Positions 11,001 to 18,786 of a DNA stretch of 64,000 bases are shown in pieces. Numbering within the stretch: position 1 is the first letter of the stretch; every line of letters starts with the position of its first letter. The position numbers and the translations under genes were made by a program. The notes below the pieces were generated by a model that ran no database searches, was not told the DNA's origin, and saw only the letters and a program-made list of their open reading frames with translations. Source of the DNA: an uncultured Dehalococcoidaceae bacterium (lineage in GTDB: Bacteria > Chloroflexota > Dehalococcoidia > Dehalococcoidales > RBG-16-60-22); assembly GCA_964615345.1 (NCBI GenBank), contig CAZTMR010000002.1, forward strand, positions 17,428 through 81,427, read 5' to 3'.

Positions 11001-11195
11001 TTTGAAAATACGGGCGAGCACGTGGTGGATGCCCGGACTGCCGTTAGCCGTGGGGGGGCCTTCATAAAAGACGAACCGGGGACCGCCCAGGCGGGAGTCC
11101 ACACTCCGCTCAAAGATGTGCTGGCTCTGCCACCAGTCAAGAACCGCTTCCTCCACCTGTGGCAAATTCATCTGGCTTTTTACCGGCTGGAACAT
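8088..11195 (-). CDS. ileS: Isoleucyl-tRNA synthetase
   Basis: Class I 'PPTANGSPGIHH' (HIGH) and 'KMSKAKGN' (KMSKS) motifs; about 1035 aa. Start moved to ATG 11195 (MFQPVKSQ...) because the upstream 13 codons overlap the leader terminator; GAAGGGG SD. Confidence 0.95.
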   Translation of the reverse strand: MFQPVKSQMNLPQVEEAVLDWWQSQHIFERSVDSRLGGPRFVFYEGPPTANGSPGIHHVLARIFKDIIPRHRAMKGYYTPRIAGWDTHGLPVELEIEKQLGLPTKPQIEEYGIDKFNARCRESVFSYLKEWENMTRRIGFWIDLEHPYVTMKNDYIETVWWSIKQMWDKGLVYQGYKTAAHCPRCGTSLSSHEVALGYRDDVEDPSVYIKFKLARSAYETSGSLSRMRKTCGDRVADFAGWLLKLAGDRPVYLLAWTTTPWTLPGNTALAVNADADYVIVEKEDEFIILAAARQEAVGLGEAPVVAAVKGSDLAGLRYEPLFNPFDYGVKVTGLTGKRKTSPDAKRQKPGLFNYPVIDTDFVSLEDGTGIVHTAPAFGEVDFEAGMERGLDFVQPVDLQGKMTGNFSFAGKFVKEADPLVLEALREKGLLFKSETIRHTYPFCWRCETPLLYYVKQSWYIRTTAVKEGLLAGNAQINWYPEHIKHGRFGDWLENNVDWAFSRERYWGTPLPVWRCAACEETECIGGTEELKQKPGFRGWREPPDLHRPYVDEMTFDCAKCGGEMKRVPEVIDCWFDSGAMPVAQHHYPFENETLLQDGRFPADFICEAIDQTRGWFYSLHAISTLLFDRPCFQNVICLGHILDARGEKMSKAKGNVIEPWQVINKYGADPLRWYFYTSTSAGNVRRFAEKAVAEVTRRFLLTLWNVYSFFVNYANIDNFVPGAGPAESHSELDRWVLSELNQLIIDVDEALENYNPTEGGRKIESFVDDLSNWYVRRSRRRFWKSENDADKLAAYHTLYHCLVTLTKLMAPFTPFLAEEMYRNLVCTVFPQAPESVHLADFPVSDRDRIDKHVMAEVQIVKELSSLGRAARSKAGIKVRQPIARMAVSVKPEKLQKAALRFAYQIREEVNVKEIEAVDDITRLSEPRYVLSASGNSAVAIDTQITPELAAEGAAREVVRRLQNMRRAAGFDIADHIITYYDGDTYLREVITGFADYIRQETLSEQLVENVPEEGVFSESYRLGENTLVLGVKKLS

Positions 11196-11211
11196 ATTGT
11201 AAAACCCCTTC

Positions 11212-11487
11212 TCTAACAAAAAGTCCCGTCCCAAGGGACGGGAACCAGTCAGCCCGCGGTACCACCCTATTTCCCCGGAGTTCCGGGGCGCTTTTTCCGG
11301 GGCACGCTCCGATGCCCCCGTCAGGATAACGGCTGACGCCGGCCGGGCCTAGTGAGCAGGGTTACCGTCCGCCTGCCGTTCAGCTGGCGACTCGGGAGTG
11401 ATTTTCCGGGAGGCCGGTCACGTCTGCTTCCACTGTCTCAGACTCGCTGGGTGCCAACTATTTCCCGTACTCGTCTCCGTCCACGTC
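11212..11487 (-). promoter_or_regulatory. T-box leader, Ile-specific (predicted), upstream of ileS
   Basis: Minus strand has 'AATAGGGTGGTACCGCGGG' (core = plus 11255-11267), followed by the terminator TCCCGTC/GACGGGA + CTTTTTGTT (plus 11212-11243). Candidate specifier 'GAAA-AUC-A' at plus 11400-11402. Confidence 0.8.
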
Positions 11488-11493
11488 TTTACG

Positions 11494-11522
11494 ATTAAAG
11501 GTTAGCACAATGAAGCAGGCAA
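11494..11522 (-). promoter_or_regulatory. Putative promoter of the ileS T-box leader
   Basis: Minus strand reads TTGCCT, 17 nt, TTTAAT; just downstream of the jag stop. Confidence 0.35.
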
Positions 11523-11538
11523 ATCAATCCGGAGGCGG

Positions 11539-12042
11539 TTATTCCTCTCTGGGCAGGACGACTACCTTCCGTTCTTCCCCCTCACCGGTGCTCTGCGTGG
11601 TAACATCCGGGTGTTCCGCCAGCGCCAGGTGGACCACACGCCGGTCAAAGGCGGACATCGGCTCGAGGGTAAAAGGGGTTCCCCTCGTCTTGACCTGCTC
11701 CGCTATCCGGCCGGCCAGGGAGCGCAGTGCTTCGAAGCGACGCCGTTTGTAGCCTTCCACGTCAACGATTATCGGCGGCCATTCCTGCGTCTGGTGGCCG
11801 ACCATAATCCGGATCAGGTACTGCAAACAGGAGAGAGTCTGTCCACGCCGCCCGATAAGGATACCGAGGTCATCCCCCTTGACGTCAAGGGTAACCGTCC
11901 GTTCCGCGGACGGCTCTCTTTCGTCAGCCGTGAACTCATCAACCACGGTCACCATCGTGGATACGCCCATCAGGTCAAGGAGCTCTTCCAGCATATCCCG
12001 GGCGATTTCGGCCACGTCTTTCCTGTTTCCTGATATCTCCAT
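11539..12042 (-). CDS. jag: Jag/KhpB-like RNA-binding protein (KH + R3H domains)
   Basis: 'GILIGRRGQTLSCLQYL' (KH-like GxxG) and C-terminal 'LEPMSAFDRRVVHLAL...ST GEGEERKVV' (R3H); downstream of yidC as in the classic operon. Confidence 0.85.
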   Translation of the reverse strand: MEISGNRKDVAEIARDMLEELLDLMGVSTMVTVVDEFTADEREPSAERTVTLDVKGDDLGILIGRRGQTLSCLQYLIRIMVGHQTQEWPPIIVDVEGYKRRRFEALRSLAGRIAEQVKTRGTPFTLEPMSAFDRRVVHLALAEHPDVTTQSTGEGEERKVVVLPREE

Positions 12043-12059
12043 ACGCTACCTCGCTGCAA

Positions 12060-12998
12060 TCACCGTTTCCTGGAGCGGTGACCTTTACCTTTCTTGGCCT
12101 GCCGGTCGGTCTTTCTGGACGGGGAAGCTTTTTTCCGCCTTTCTCCGTCCGCGGAAATATCGGCGCCGCTTTCTGACTCGCTGACCGTCCCGGCAACCTC
12201 AGCCGGTTTTTCCTCGGCGCGCGTAATCCGCCGGGCGTACTTCTTATCCCGCGCCGGTTTCTTGCCGGACGCCGGAGCCAGGCCGCCCCAGCCGCCGCCG
12301 ATGTAATACTGGATACCGATGGTGATGATATTTGAAATTACCCAGTAGAGGGCCAGTCCGCTGGGGAACTGCATGGTGAGAAAGGCAAACATCAGCGGCA
12401 TCATCCACAGCATCATCTGCTGCTGCGAAGCCGACTGGGAGCCGGAACCGGAAGGCATTATCATCTTCTGCTGGACCCACATGGTACCACCCACCAGGAT
12501 GGGTAACAGGATGAGCCGGTCCGGGACCGCTAGGTCAAGCCAGAGGAAATGACTGTCCGGAGGTACCAGGGTAAATACCTGGCTCCAGGACGTATAAAGG
12601 TACCGGGACAGACTGAGAAAGTCTTCCGGAGTCACCGCCAGCAGCCGGATTATGGACTGGAAAAGGGCAATCCAGATGGGCATTTGCACCAGCATGGGCA
12701 GCATACAGCCGGCCGGGCTGACTCCGGACTCTTTGTAAAGCTGCATCTGCTCCTGCGCCAGTTTCTGCTTGTCCCGGGCATGTTTTTTCTTCAGTTCCTC
12801 CAGCGCCGGTTGCAAGGCCTGCATGGCCCGGGTGGCCCGCAACTGTTTCAGGGTGAGGGGTATGGTCACTCCCCGCACCACCAGAGTCAACACCAGAATC
12901 GCCAGCCCGAGATTGTTAAACAGGTAGCCGGAGACCACGACCAGAACGTTGATCATCGGCTCCAGGATAACCAGGTCCCAAATTGCGCCTATGCTCAA
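12060..12998 (-). CDS. yidC: Membrane protein insertase YidC/Oxa1 family
   Basis: 'VRGVTIPLTLKQLRATRAMQALQPALEELKKK', 'GCMLPMLVQMPIWIALF', 'PSGLALYWVISN'; basic C-terminal tail. Confidence 0.9.
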   Translation of the reverse strand: MSIGAIWDLVILEPMINVLVVVSGYLFNNLGLAILVLTLVVRGVTIPLTLKQLRATRAMQALQPALEELKKKHARDKQKLAQEQMQLYKESGVSPAGCMLPMLVQMPIWIALFQSIIRLLAVTPEDFLSLSRYLYTSWSQVFTLVPPDSHFLWLDLAVPDRLILLPILVGGTMWVQQKMIMPSGSGSQSASQQQMMLWMMPLMFAFLTMQFPSGLALYWVISNIITIGIQYYIGGGWGGLAPASGKKPARDKKYARRITRAEEKPAEVAGTVSESESGADISADGERRKKASPSRKTDRQAKKGKGHRSRKR

Positions 12999-13012
12999 TT
13001 AATCCAACCTCG

Positions 13013-14224
13013 CTAGTCCGCTAATGACAGGTTCCAGAGCACAGCCCCGGACTGCGCCTCCAGGGCGTGCAGGGAATCATCGTCATCGTGAATATAAACC
13101 GTGCCGTCGCCGGCGGCCAGCGGCGCGTATATCTTCTCTTCCAGATTGGCCAGCTGCCGGGGTTGAATGTCCCCGGCCTGCAGGGAAAAGACCCTGCCGT
13201 CTTCGGTAGCCACAATCACCGAAGCGTCAACCACCGCCGGGGAAGAGTTGACCGGGCCGCCCAGGTCATAGACTGCCGCCTTGCTGCCGTCTGCCGCCTT
13301 CAGGGCGTATACTTTACCGTCAATCGAGCCGGCATAGATGAGGCTGTCGTCCGCCACCGGTTCCGCCCAGAACCAGTTGCCGGCCGCAGTCTTCCATTTG
13401 AGGGTGCCTTCCGCCGCGTCCAGGGCATACAGGTACCGGTCAAAAGAGCCGACGTAGACGGTGCCGTTATGCGTCAGCGGGGTGGCGGCGATGGTGCCAC
13501 CAGTTTCAAACTCCCATTTCAGGCTGCCGTCTGCGGTATTAAGGGCGTAGACTTTCTTGTCGAAAGACCCCACGTACACCGTGTCCTCACTTACCGAGGG
13601 AGTGGACCATATCTGGTCCCCGGTCTGGAAAGTCCATAGCTCATCGCCGGTGGCCGCATCCAGGGCGTAAATCCGGCCGTCAGAGCCGCCGAAAAACAGC
13701 TTCTCCCCGCCAACTACCGGCCCGCCTACGATGGGCGCCAGCTCATCTTCGCGCGGGTAGACCCACCTCAGCTTCCCGGTCTCCGAGTTAATGGCGTAAA
13801 CTTTTCCGTTATAGGCAGTGGTATATACCAGGTCATTGTAAGTCACCGGTGAACCGTAAATAGCCACTATGGTTGAACCGCGCGCACAGCTGAAAACGCT
13901 GGCCGATGGTTTGGCCTCAAAGGTCTCACTGGTCCACCGGCGCTGGCGGGTCTCCGCGTTGATGGAGACCAGCTTACCTTCCATAGAACCCAGGTAGACG
14001 TAACCGTCATCAACTACGGCACCCGACCATCCCCGGGGTATAATGCCGGTATTGGCGCAGCCCAGAATGGCCGGTCCGGTGAGCAGCACCAGGAGCATCA
14101 GTGCCAGGAGCGTTATTTTTACCAGATATTTCCGGTCAAGTCTCACCTGCTTGTATTCCTCCGCGCAAACAATCTTCAGACCGCGCCCGGTGCCGGATAA
14201 TTTCATCTCAGGGTACGGGGTCAT
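13013..14224 (-). CDS. PQQ-like (BamB-type) beta-propeller repeat protein, probable lipoprotein
   Basis: Repeated 'G.VYA(L/I)(D/N)a.tG...W' blades (at least 6 copies). The N-terminus has '[21 protein letters not shown]' (signal peptide + lipobox). Likely true start is GTG 14146 ([10 protein letters not shown]...) with a GGAGGA SD. Confidence 0.8.
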   Translation of the reverse strand: MTPYPEMKLSGTGRGLKIVCAEEYKQVRLDRKYLVKITLLALMLLVLLTGPAILGCANTGIIPRGWSGAVVDDGYVYLGSMEGKLVSINAETRQRRWTSETFEAKPSASVFSCARGSTIVAIYGSPVTYNDLVYTTAYNGKVYAINSETGKLRWVYPREDELAPIVGGPVVGGEKLFFGGSDGRIYALDAATGDELWTFQTGDQIWSTPSVSEDTVYVGSFDKKVYALNTADGSLKWEFETGGTIAATPLTHNGTVYVGSFDRYLYALDAAEGTLKWKTAAGNWFWAEPVADDSLIYAGSIDGKVYALKAADGSKAAVYDLGGPVNSSPAVVDASVIVATEDGRVFSLQAGDIQPRQLANLEEKIYAPLAAGDGTVYIHDDDDSLHALEAQSGAVLWNLSLAD

Positions 14225-14417
14225 AACCGCCGGAATGCAGTGGGTGGCAGCGAGCCAGCCGCTTTACACCCAGCCATATCCCTTTCCAGAGGCCGAACTT
14301 ATCAATCGCCTCGTGGGTGTACTGGGAACAAGTGGGGGCATAACGGCAGGAGGGCAGCGTTACCTGGGATAAAGTAACCTGATAGAGTTTAATTAGTCCT
14401 AAGGCAAGTCTCTTCAT
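14208..14417 (-). CDS. yidD: Membrane protein insertion efficiency factor YidD
   Basis: 69 aa, '[19 protein letters not shown]...[17 protein letters not shown]' (YidD signature). Confidence 0.9.
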   Translation of the reverse strand: MKRLALGLIKLYQVTLSQVTLPSCRYAPTCSQYTHEAIDKFGLWKGIWLGVKRLARCHPLHSGGYDPVP

Positions 14418-14751
14418 ATCTTCCTGTCAGCAAACCGGCCCGGCAGAGCAGGTCCCGGACCGATTTTTCGATATCAGCATAACGGGCCGCGGCTATCCGG
14501 GGACGGGCGATAACAACGATATCCCATCCCGGGGGCAGCGGCGTCAATCTGAGCACTTCACGGAGCCGGCGCTTGACCCGGTTCCGCACCACCGCTTTAC
14601 CCACCCGCCGGCTGACGGAAAAGCCGCAGCGGGTGAAGTCCAGGCCGTTACGCAGGACTTTTACCACCACCAGCCGGTCCACCCAGGAGCTGCCTTTCCG
14701 GTATACCAGCGCGAACTGCTCCGTTCTATTCAGGTATGTCTGCCCCCTCAT
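14389..14751 (-). CDS. rnpA: Ribonuclease P protein component
   Basis: 120 aa, basic; '[23 protein letters not shown]' RNR motif; downstream of rpmH. Confidence 0.9.
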   Translation of the reverse strand: MRGQTYLNRTEQFALVYRKGSSWVDRLVVVKVLRNGLDFTRCGFSVSRRVGKAVVRNRVKRRLREVLRLTPLPPGWDIVVIARPRIAAARYADIEKSVRDLLCRAGLLTGRYEETCLRTN

Positions 14752-14804
14752 CGTACCCCCCGCTTAAATCCGCCAGTTTAGCCGCCGGCACACCGGGCCC
14801 GGAT

Positions 14805-14945
14805 TCAGACTACCGTCAAGCGCACGCGCCCTTTCAGCCGTCTTGCCTTCAAGACGTTGCGGCCGCCACGGGTGCGCATTCTCTTCAGAAAGCCGTGTTC
14901 CCGCTTTCTCGGGATTTTCTTCGGTTGATAGGTTCTTTTCGGCAC
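14805..14945 (-). CDS. rpmH: 50S ribosomal protein L34
   Basis: Own translation (below the ORF-track size cutoff): GTG-start [46 protein letters not shown], 46 aa; GGGAG SD. Confidence 0.9.
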   Translation of the reverse strand: MPKRTYQPKKIPRKREHGFLKRMRTRGGRNVLKARRLKGRVRLTVV

Positions 14946-15022
14946 GCTAACTCCCTAAGGACAAACACCCTTCTCCTGACAAAACAGAGAGGTCAAGGGA
15001 AGGGCTCCTTTATGGATTTGAC

Positions 15023-15319
15023 TTAACCACGTGAACCGGCACCTTCAGTTGGGTGCATATGGGCCGCCACGTAAGGCAGCAGCGCCAGGTGCCGCGCCCT
15101 TTTTATGGCCACGGACAAAAGACGCTGATGCCTGGCACAGGTACCGCTTTTACGGCGTGGTGAAATCTTGCCCCTGTCCGAGATGTAGGGGCGCAGTTTC
15201 ACCGGTTCTTTATAATCAATAACCTTGACTTTATCCTTGCAGAAAGAACAGAACTTGCGCCGGGGGGCAAACCGGCCTCTTCCCCATCTTCTACCTCTTG
15301 ATTCTCTAACTTGCGCCAT
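15023..15319 (-). CDS. rpsR: 30S ribosomal protein S18
   Basis: '[62 protein letters not shown]'. Confidence 0.95.
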   Translation of the reverse strand: MAQVRESRGRRWGRGRFAPRRKFCSFCKDKVKVIDYKEPVKLRPYISDRGKISPRRKSGTCARHQRLLSVAIKRARHLALLPYVAAHMHPTEGAGSRG

Positions 15320-15336
15320 TTATTTTCCTTCTCTAT

Positions 15337-15771
15337 CTAGAATGGAATATCGTCCGGCTCCACATCCATCCCGCCGCTTCCTTCTGGCGACCGCTCTTCA
15401 TTGCCACCTTCATATTTATCTTCGGAGAGCGGTGCCAGTCCCCGCCGGTCCAGAAAAATCACCTTATTCGCCACTACTTCCGCGCGGGAGTGCGGCTGGC
15501 CGTCCTGCCCTTCCCAGCTCCGGGTATGGATTCTGCCTTCCGCGTAAACCAGGCGCCCTTTGGTCAGGAACTGGTTACACTGTTCTGCCAGCTTGTTCCA
15601 GGCGACCACGCTAAACCACTCGGTTTCCTGTTTTCGCTCGCCTTCGGGAGTGGTGGAGACCCAGTTTGTCGCCACGCGAAAAGAGGTTACCGGCTTGCCG
15701 CTGGGGGTGAAGCGCATTTCCGGCTCTCCGCCCACGTTACCGATGATTATCAGCTTATTCAAGCTCGGCAT
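15337..15771 (-). CDS. ssb: Single-stranded DNA-binding protein
   Basis: OB fold 'LNKLIIIGNVGGEPEMRFTPSGKPVTSFRVA'; acidic C-terminal tip 'DDIPF'. Confidence 0.95.
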   Translation of the reverse strand: MPSLNKLIIIGNVGGEPEMRFTPSGKPVTSFRVATNWVSTTPEGERKQETEWFSVVAWNKLAEQCNQFLTKGRLVYAEGRIHTRSWEGQDGQPHSRAEVVANKVIFLDRRGLAPLSEDKYEGGNEERSPEGSGGMDVEPDDIPF

Positions 15772-15836
15772 TGCCCTTTACCTCCTGTCACCCTGCCCCT
15801 GAACGGCATTCTTTCCGCGGCGGACAGCTACCCGTT

Positions 15837-16175
15837 TTAACTGCCCACTCTTATCAGAAGGTGCCGCAAGACATTCTCCGCTATTTCCAGGTTCCCTTCC
15901 AGCCCCTTGCTCCACCCCGGTTCCATCTTGAACCGCGTGAGCACGTAGTTACCTTCCTGACAGCGCTTGATGGGATAAGCCAGCCTGCGCTTGCCCCACC
16001 TCTCTTCTTCGGAGATAACACCACCGTTACCGGTAATGTATTGTTTCACATTGCCGGTGGTGTTTTCGAGAGCTTCTTCATCCACTTCCGGGCTGATAAT
16101 GTATACCAGCTCGTAATCACGCAGTCTGCCGTTTTCTTCTTGCGGGGTCTCCTGAGTTTCTTTACCAGACGTCAT
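15837..16175 (-). CDS. rpsF: 30S ribosomal protein S6
   Basis: 'YELVYIISPEVDEEA...WGKRRLAYPIKRCQEGNYVL'; rpsF-ssb-rpsR order. Confidence 0.95.
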   Translation of the reverse strand: MTSGKETQETPQEENGRLRDYELVYIISPEVDEEALENTTGNVKQYITGNGGVISEEERWGKRRLAYPIKRCQEGNYVLTRFKMEPGWSKGLEGNLEIAENVLRHLLIRVGS

Positions 16176-16201
16176 CTACTTCCCTGCAATTTTTATTGAC
16201 C

Positions 16202-16231
16202 ATTATAACACAAAGCACAAGACATAAACAA
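16202..16231 (-). promoter_or_regulatory. Putative promoter of rpsF-ssb-rpsR
   Basis: Minus strand reads TTGTTT, 18 nt, (TGt)TATAAT extended -10; about 25 nt upstream of the rpsF start. Confidence 0.45.
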
Positions 16232-16410
16232 TACTGCTCCGGGGAGGTCTCACCGGCAGCGACCGACCAGCCGGGTGATGGCAGAGAGGGGAGGAAGAAG
16301 CCGTTCCGGCAGCGGAAAGCCAGCTACAGGCCACCACGGCAACGGAACGGCAGGAGATTGCCGGCCAAAAGCGGAGAGAGCAGCGAGGCCGGCCGGGGGT
16401 ACGGCAGGAA

Positions 16411-17154
16411 CTAGCCGCTTTTTGCCCGCCACCGGCGCGGGTGCCAGCCTAACCTTCTCCGTCGCAGCCGCGTGACCGGGGCCGGTTCTGCAGCTCCGGT
16501 GGCTTCCGGCTGCACCAGGCGTACGTAGATGGCTTCCGCTATCTCCCGGTCCACAGCGAACTGTGACTCGTTAATCTTAAAGACGAAAGAAGGAAAATTC
16601 TGAATAAGGCTTATCGCCGCCCCGGGCATGATACCCATCGCCATCAGTTTCTGTAGCTGGCCCGAGTCCGGAGCGTAAACGTAGGCCACTTTACCGCTCT
16701 GCCCCGGTGCCAGCCCGGAAAGAGCGGAGACGAGCTTGCGCGCCGGCGTCCGCTCCTGCCGACAGCACCTTCCCGGCGGTATCGGCTTGCCGTGCGGACA
16801 TATCTTGGGATGACCAAGCAGGGTACAGATGCTTTCGTCCAGGCCACGGTCGAGCAGGTGCTCGAACTTGCACGCCTTCTCGTGCATCAGCGTACCTCCG
16901 GCCCCCAGGACGTCCGCCAGCAGACGTTCCGCCAGCCGGTGCCTGCGGACGACGTTGCGCGCCGCGGGACGGCCTTTTTCGGTCAGGGTTATCTTTTCAT
17001 CGGTCAGGGAGACGTAGCCGGCCCGGACCAGTTGTTCGATTGCCTCATTATCCCCGGCGTCCGTTCCTTCCCGGTCCAGAGAGCTTTCTCCGCTTTCTTC
17101 ACCGTTAATCCAGAGCGTTTCCAGGAGTTCTTCCGCTTTTTCATCAATCTGCAT
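16411..17154 (-). CDS. DtxR/IdeR/MntR-family metal-dependent regulator with C-terminal FeoA/SH3-like domain
   Basis: 'VVRRHRLAERLLADVLG', metal-site 'CKFEHLL...GHPKICPHGKPIP'; C-terminal 'GQSGKVAYV...LMAMGIMPGAAISLIQNFPSFVFKINESQFAVDREIA' (FeoA-like). Confidence 0.85.
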   Translation of the reverse strand: MQIDEKAEELLETLWINGEESGESSLDREGTDAGDNEAIEQLVRAGYVSLTDEKITLTEKGRPAARNVVRRHRLAERLLADVLGAGGTLMHEKACKFEHLLDRGLDESICTLLGHPKICPHGKPIPPGRCCRQERTPARKLVSALSGLAPGQSGKVAYVYAPDSGQLQKLMAMGIMPGAAISLIQNFPSFVFKINESQFAVDREIAEAIYVRLVQPEATGAAEPAPVTRLRRRRLGWHPRRWRAKSG

Positions 17155-17326
17155 GCCGTTTCTTCCTCCAGGCCCTGAAGGCCTTGATCAGTTTCGGTTC
17201 TTGCGGTATATCATAGCCGCAATTGGGACACCGCACCAGGTGGCAGTGCCCGGACATGGGACAACCTCCGCAGGCGCTTTTGACGCTGTTTTCCTCAAAG
17301 CGGTAACCGCAGAGCGGACATTTCAC
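17144..17326 (-). CDS. Cys-rich zinc-ribbon-like small protein (60 aa), function unknown
   Basis: MKCPLCGY...CGGCPMSGHCHLVRCPNCGY: 7 Cys plus His. Overlaps the feoB stop by 4 nt and the regulator start by 11 nt (translational coupling). Confidence 0.6.
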   Translation of the reverse strand: MKCPLCGYRFEENSVKSACGGCPMSGHCHLVRCPNCGYDIPQEPKLIKAFRAWRKKRHAD

Positions 17327-18786
17327 AGTGACACCCCCAGGTTAACCAGGACCAGGTTGAGCAGGTATCCTACCAGAAAGGCAAAGGGAAAGATAAAGGC
17401 GGTAATGCCCAGGGCGGTTTTAACGCCTCTCTCCCGCAGCATCACCAGGAACTGGGCGATGCAGGGGATGAACAGGGTCAGAATCACGGCGGTGACGACC
17501 AGGGGTACCCCTTCCAGCAGGCCGGAAGCGTGCAGGTCATAGAGGCCAGCCGCGCCAAAGTCACGCCGGAAGAACCCGTAAAGAAAGACCACCGCCGTCT
17601 CCAGAGGCAGGCCAACAGCTCTCACCAGCGGTTCCAGTGCGCTGATGACCACATTAAAAATACCGGTCAGGCTGCCCGCCCAGAGCAGGACACTGGCCAG
17701 GATAAACAGGGGAAGCACCTCTATGAAATACCACTGCAGACGAGTGTAGGTCTTGACCAGCACGTTGGCGAGCTTGGGCGGCCGCAGCGGGGGCACCTCA
17801 ATGTAGAAGCTGGCCCTTTTTCCGGGAATGATGCGGGACGCGAGGTACCCCACCAGCAGGAACACCAGCGCCACCGCGCCCATCCAGATGACCAGCGCTA
17901 GCCCGTTTCCGGACAGAATGGCGAAGATGACTCCGAGCTGTGCCGAGCAGGGAATGGCCAGGGCCAGAAGCAGGGTGGTGATGACTCTTTCCCGTTTTGT
18001 TTCCTGGGTCCGCGTCACCAGGGTGGCCATGGTATCACAGCCGAAACCGAGCACCACCGGTATCACCGCCCGTCCGCTCAGCCCGATAACTTTAAATACC
18101 CGGTCGATAAGCATCGCCAGGCGCGGCAGGTAGCCGCTGTCCTCGATTACGGAAAAAACGATAAAAAAGGTGGTCACGATGGGCAGGATGATGGCGATGG
18201 CGTAGCTCAGCCCCAGGGTGATAATCCCGTATTCACCGACGAAGAGATCACGCAGCCAGGTAACGGGTATAAAGCGGTCCGCCAGACCGGTTACCCACGG
18301 ATTGAGCCACTCCCCGAAAACGGTGCTCTCGATAAAATCTACCAGTGTGCCGGCACCAAAAACCCCGACGAACTGGTAAAGACCGAAATAAAGAATGACG
18401 AGCAGGATGGGGATACCGGTCAGCGGTCTCATCATCGCCCGGCTGAGCCGTTCGGCAAGTCCGGCGCCGGCCCTTTCCTTTTCGGTTACCGCTGACGCCA
18501 GCAACTCCCTGGCCCGGCGCTGCCGCTGCAGAGCGATGACGTAGCTGAGCGGCTGGTTGTACGCTTCGCCCGTCCCGGTGACTATGTCCCGGATGGACGC
18601 GTAGCGCGGTCCTTCCCGTTTTTTTACCTCTCGCTCCATCCAGGAATCACCCTGTAAGAGGAGCAGCGCCACCGCCCTTCCGGAAATGGCGTAGTCCCCT
18701 TTCAGCAGGTCTTCAATCCGGGCCAGCGCTGATTCCAGCGTTTGGTCATACCGGAACCGCGCCGGAGCGGTCTCTAACACACTCAA
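17323..18786 (-). CDS. feoB: Ferrous iron transporter FeoB, helical + membrane (nucleoside-recognition/gate) part
   Basis: Polytopic; 'GYLPRLAMLIDRVFKVIGLSGRAVIPVVLGFGCDTMA' and a second gate-motif region. TTG start preceded by GAGGAGG inside the 3' end of the G-domain gene. Confidence 0.9.
   Translation of the reverse strand: MSVLETAPARFRYDQTLESALARIEDLLKGDYAISGRAVALLLLQGDSWMEREVKKREGPRYASIRDIVTGTGEAYNQPLSYVIALQRQRRARELLASAVTEKERAGAGLAERLSRAMMRPLTGIPILLVILYFGLYQFVGVFGAGTLVDFIESTVFGEWLNPWVTGLADRFIPVTWLRDLFVGEYGIITLGLSYAIAIILPIVTTFFIVFSVIEDSGYLPRLAMLIDRVFKVIGLSGRAVIPVVLGFGCDTMATLVTRTQETKRERVITTLLLALAIPCSAQLGVIFAILSGNGLALVIWMGAVALVFLLVGYLASRIIPGKRASFYIEVPPLRPPKLANVLVKTYTRLQWYFIEVLPLFILASVLLWAGSLTGIFNVVISALEPLVRAVGLPLETAVVFLYGFFRRDFGAAGLYDLHASGLLEGVPLVVTAVILTLFIPCIAQFLVMLRERGVKTALGITAFIFPFAFLVGYLLNLVLVNLGVSL

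Noticed and set aside
14805-16240. An expected replication origin or dnaA next to rpmH-rnpA-yidC-jag.
   Set aside because: Upstream of rpmH are rpsR-ssb-rpsF on the same strand. There is no dnaA gene and no cluster of TTATCCACA-like boxes in the flanking spacers; only isolated near-matches occur, e.g. near 51656.
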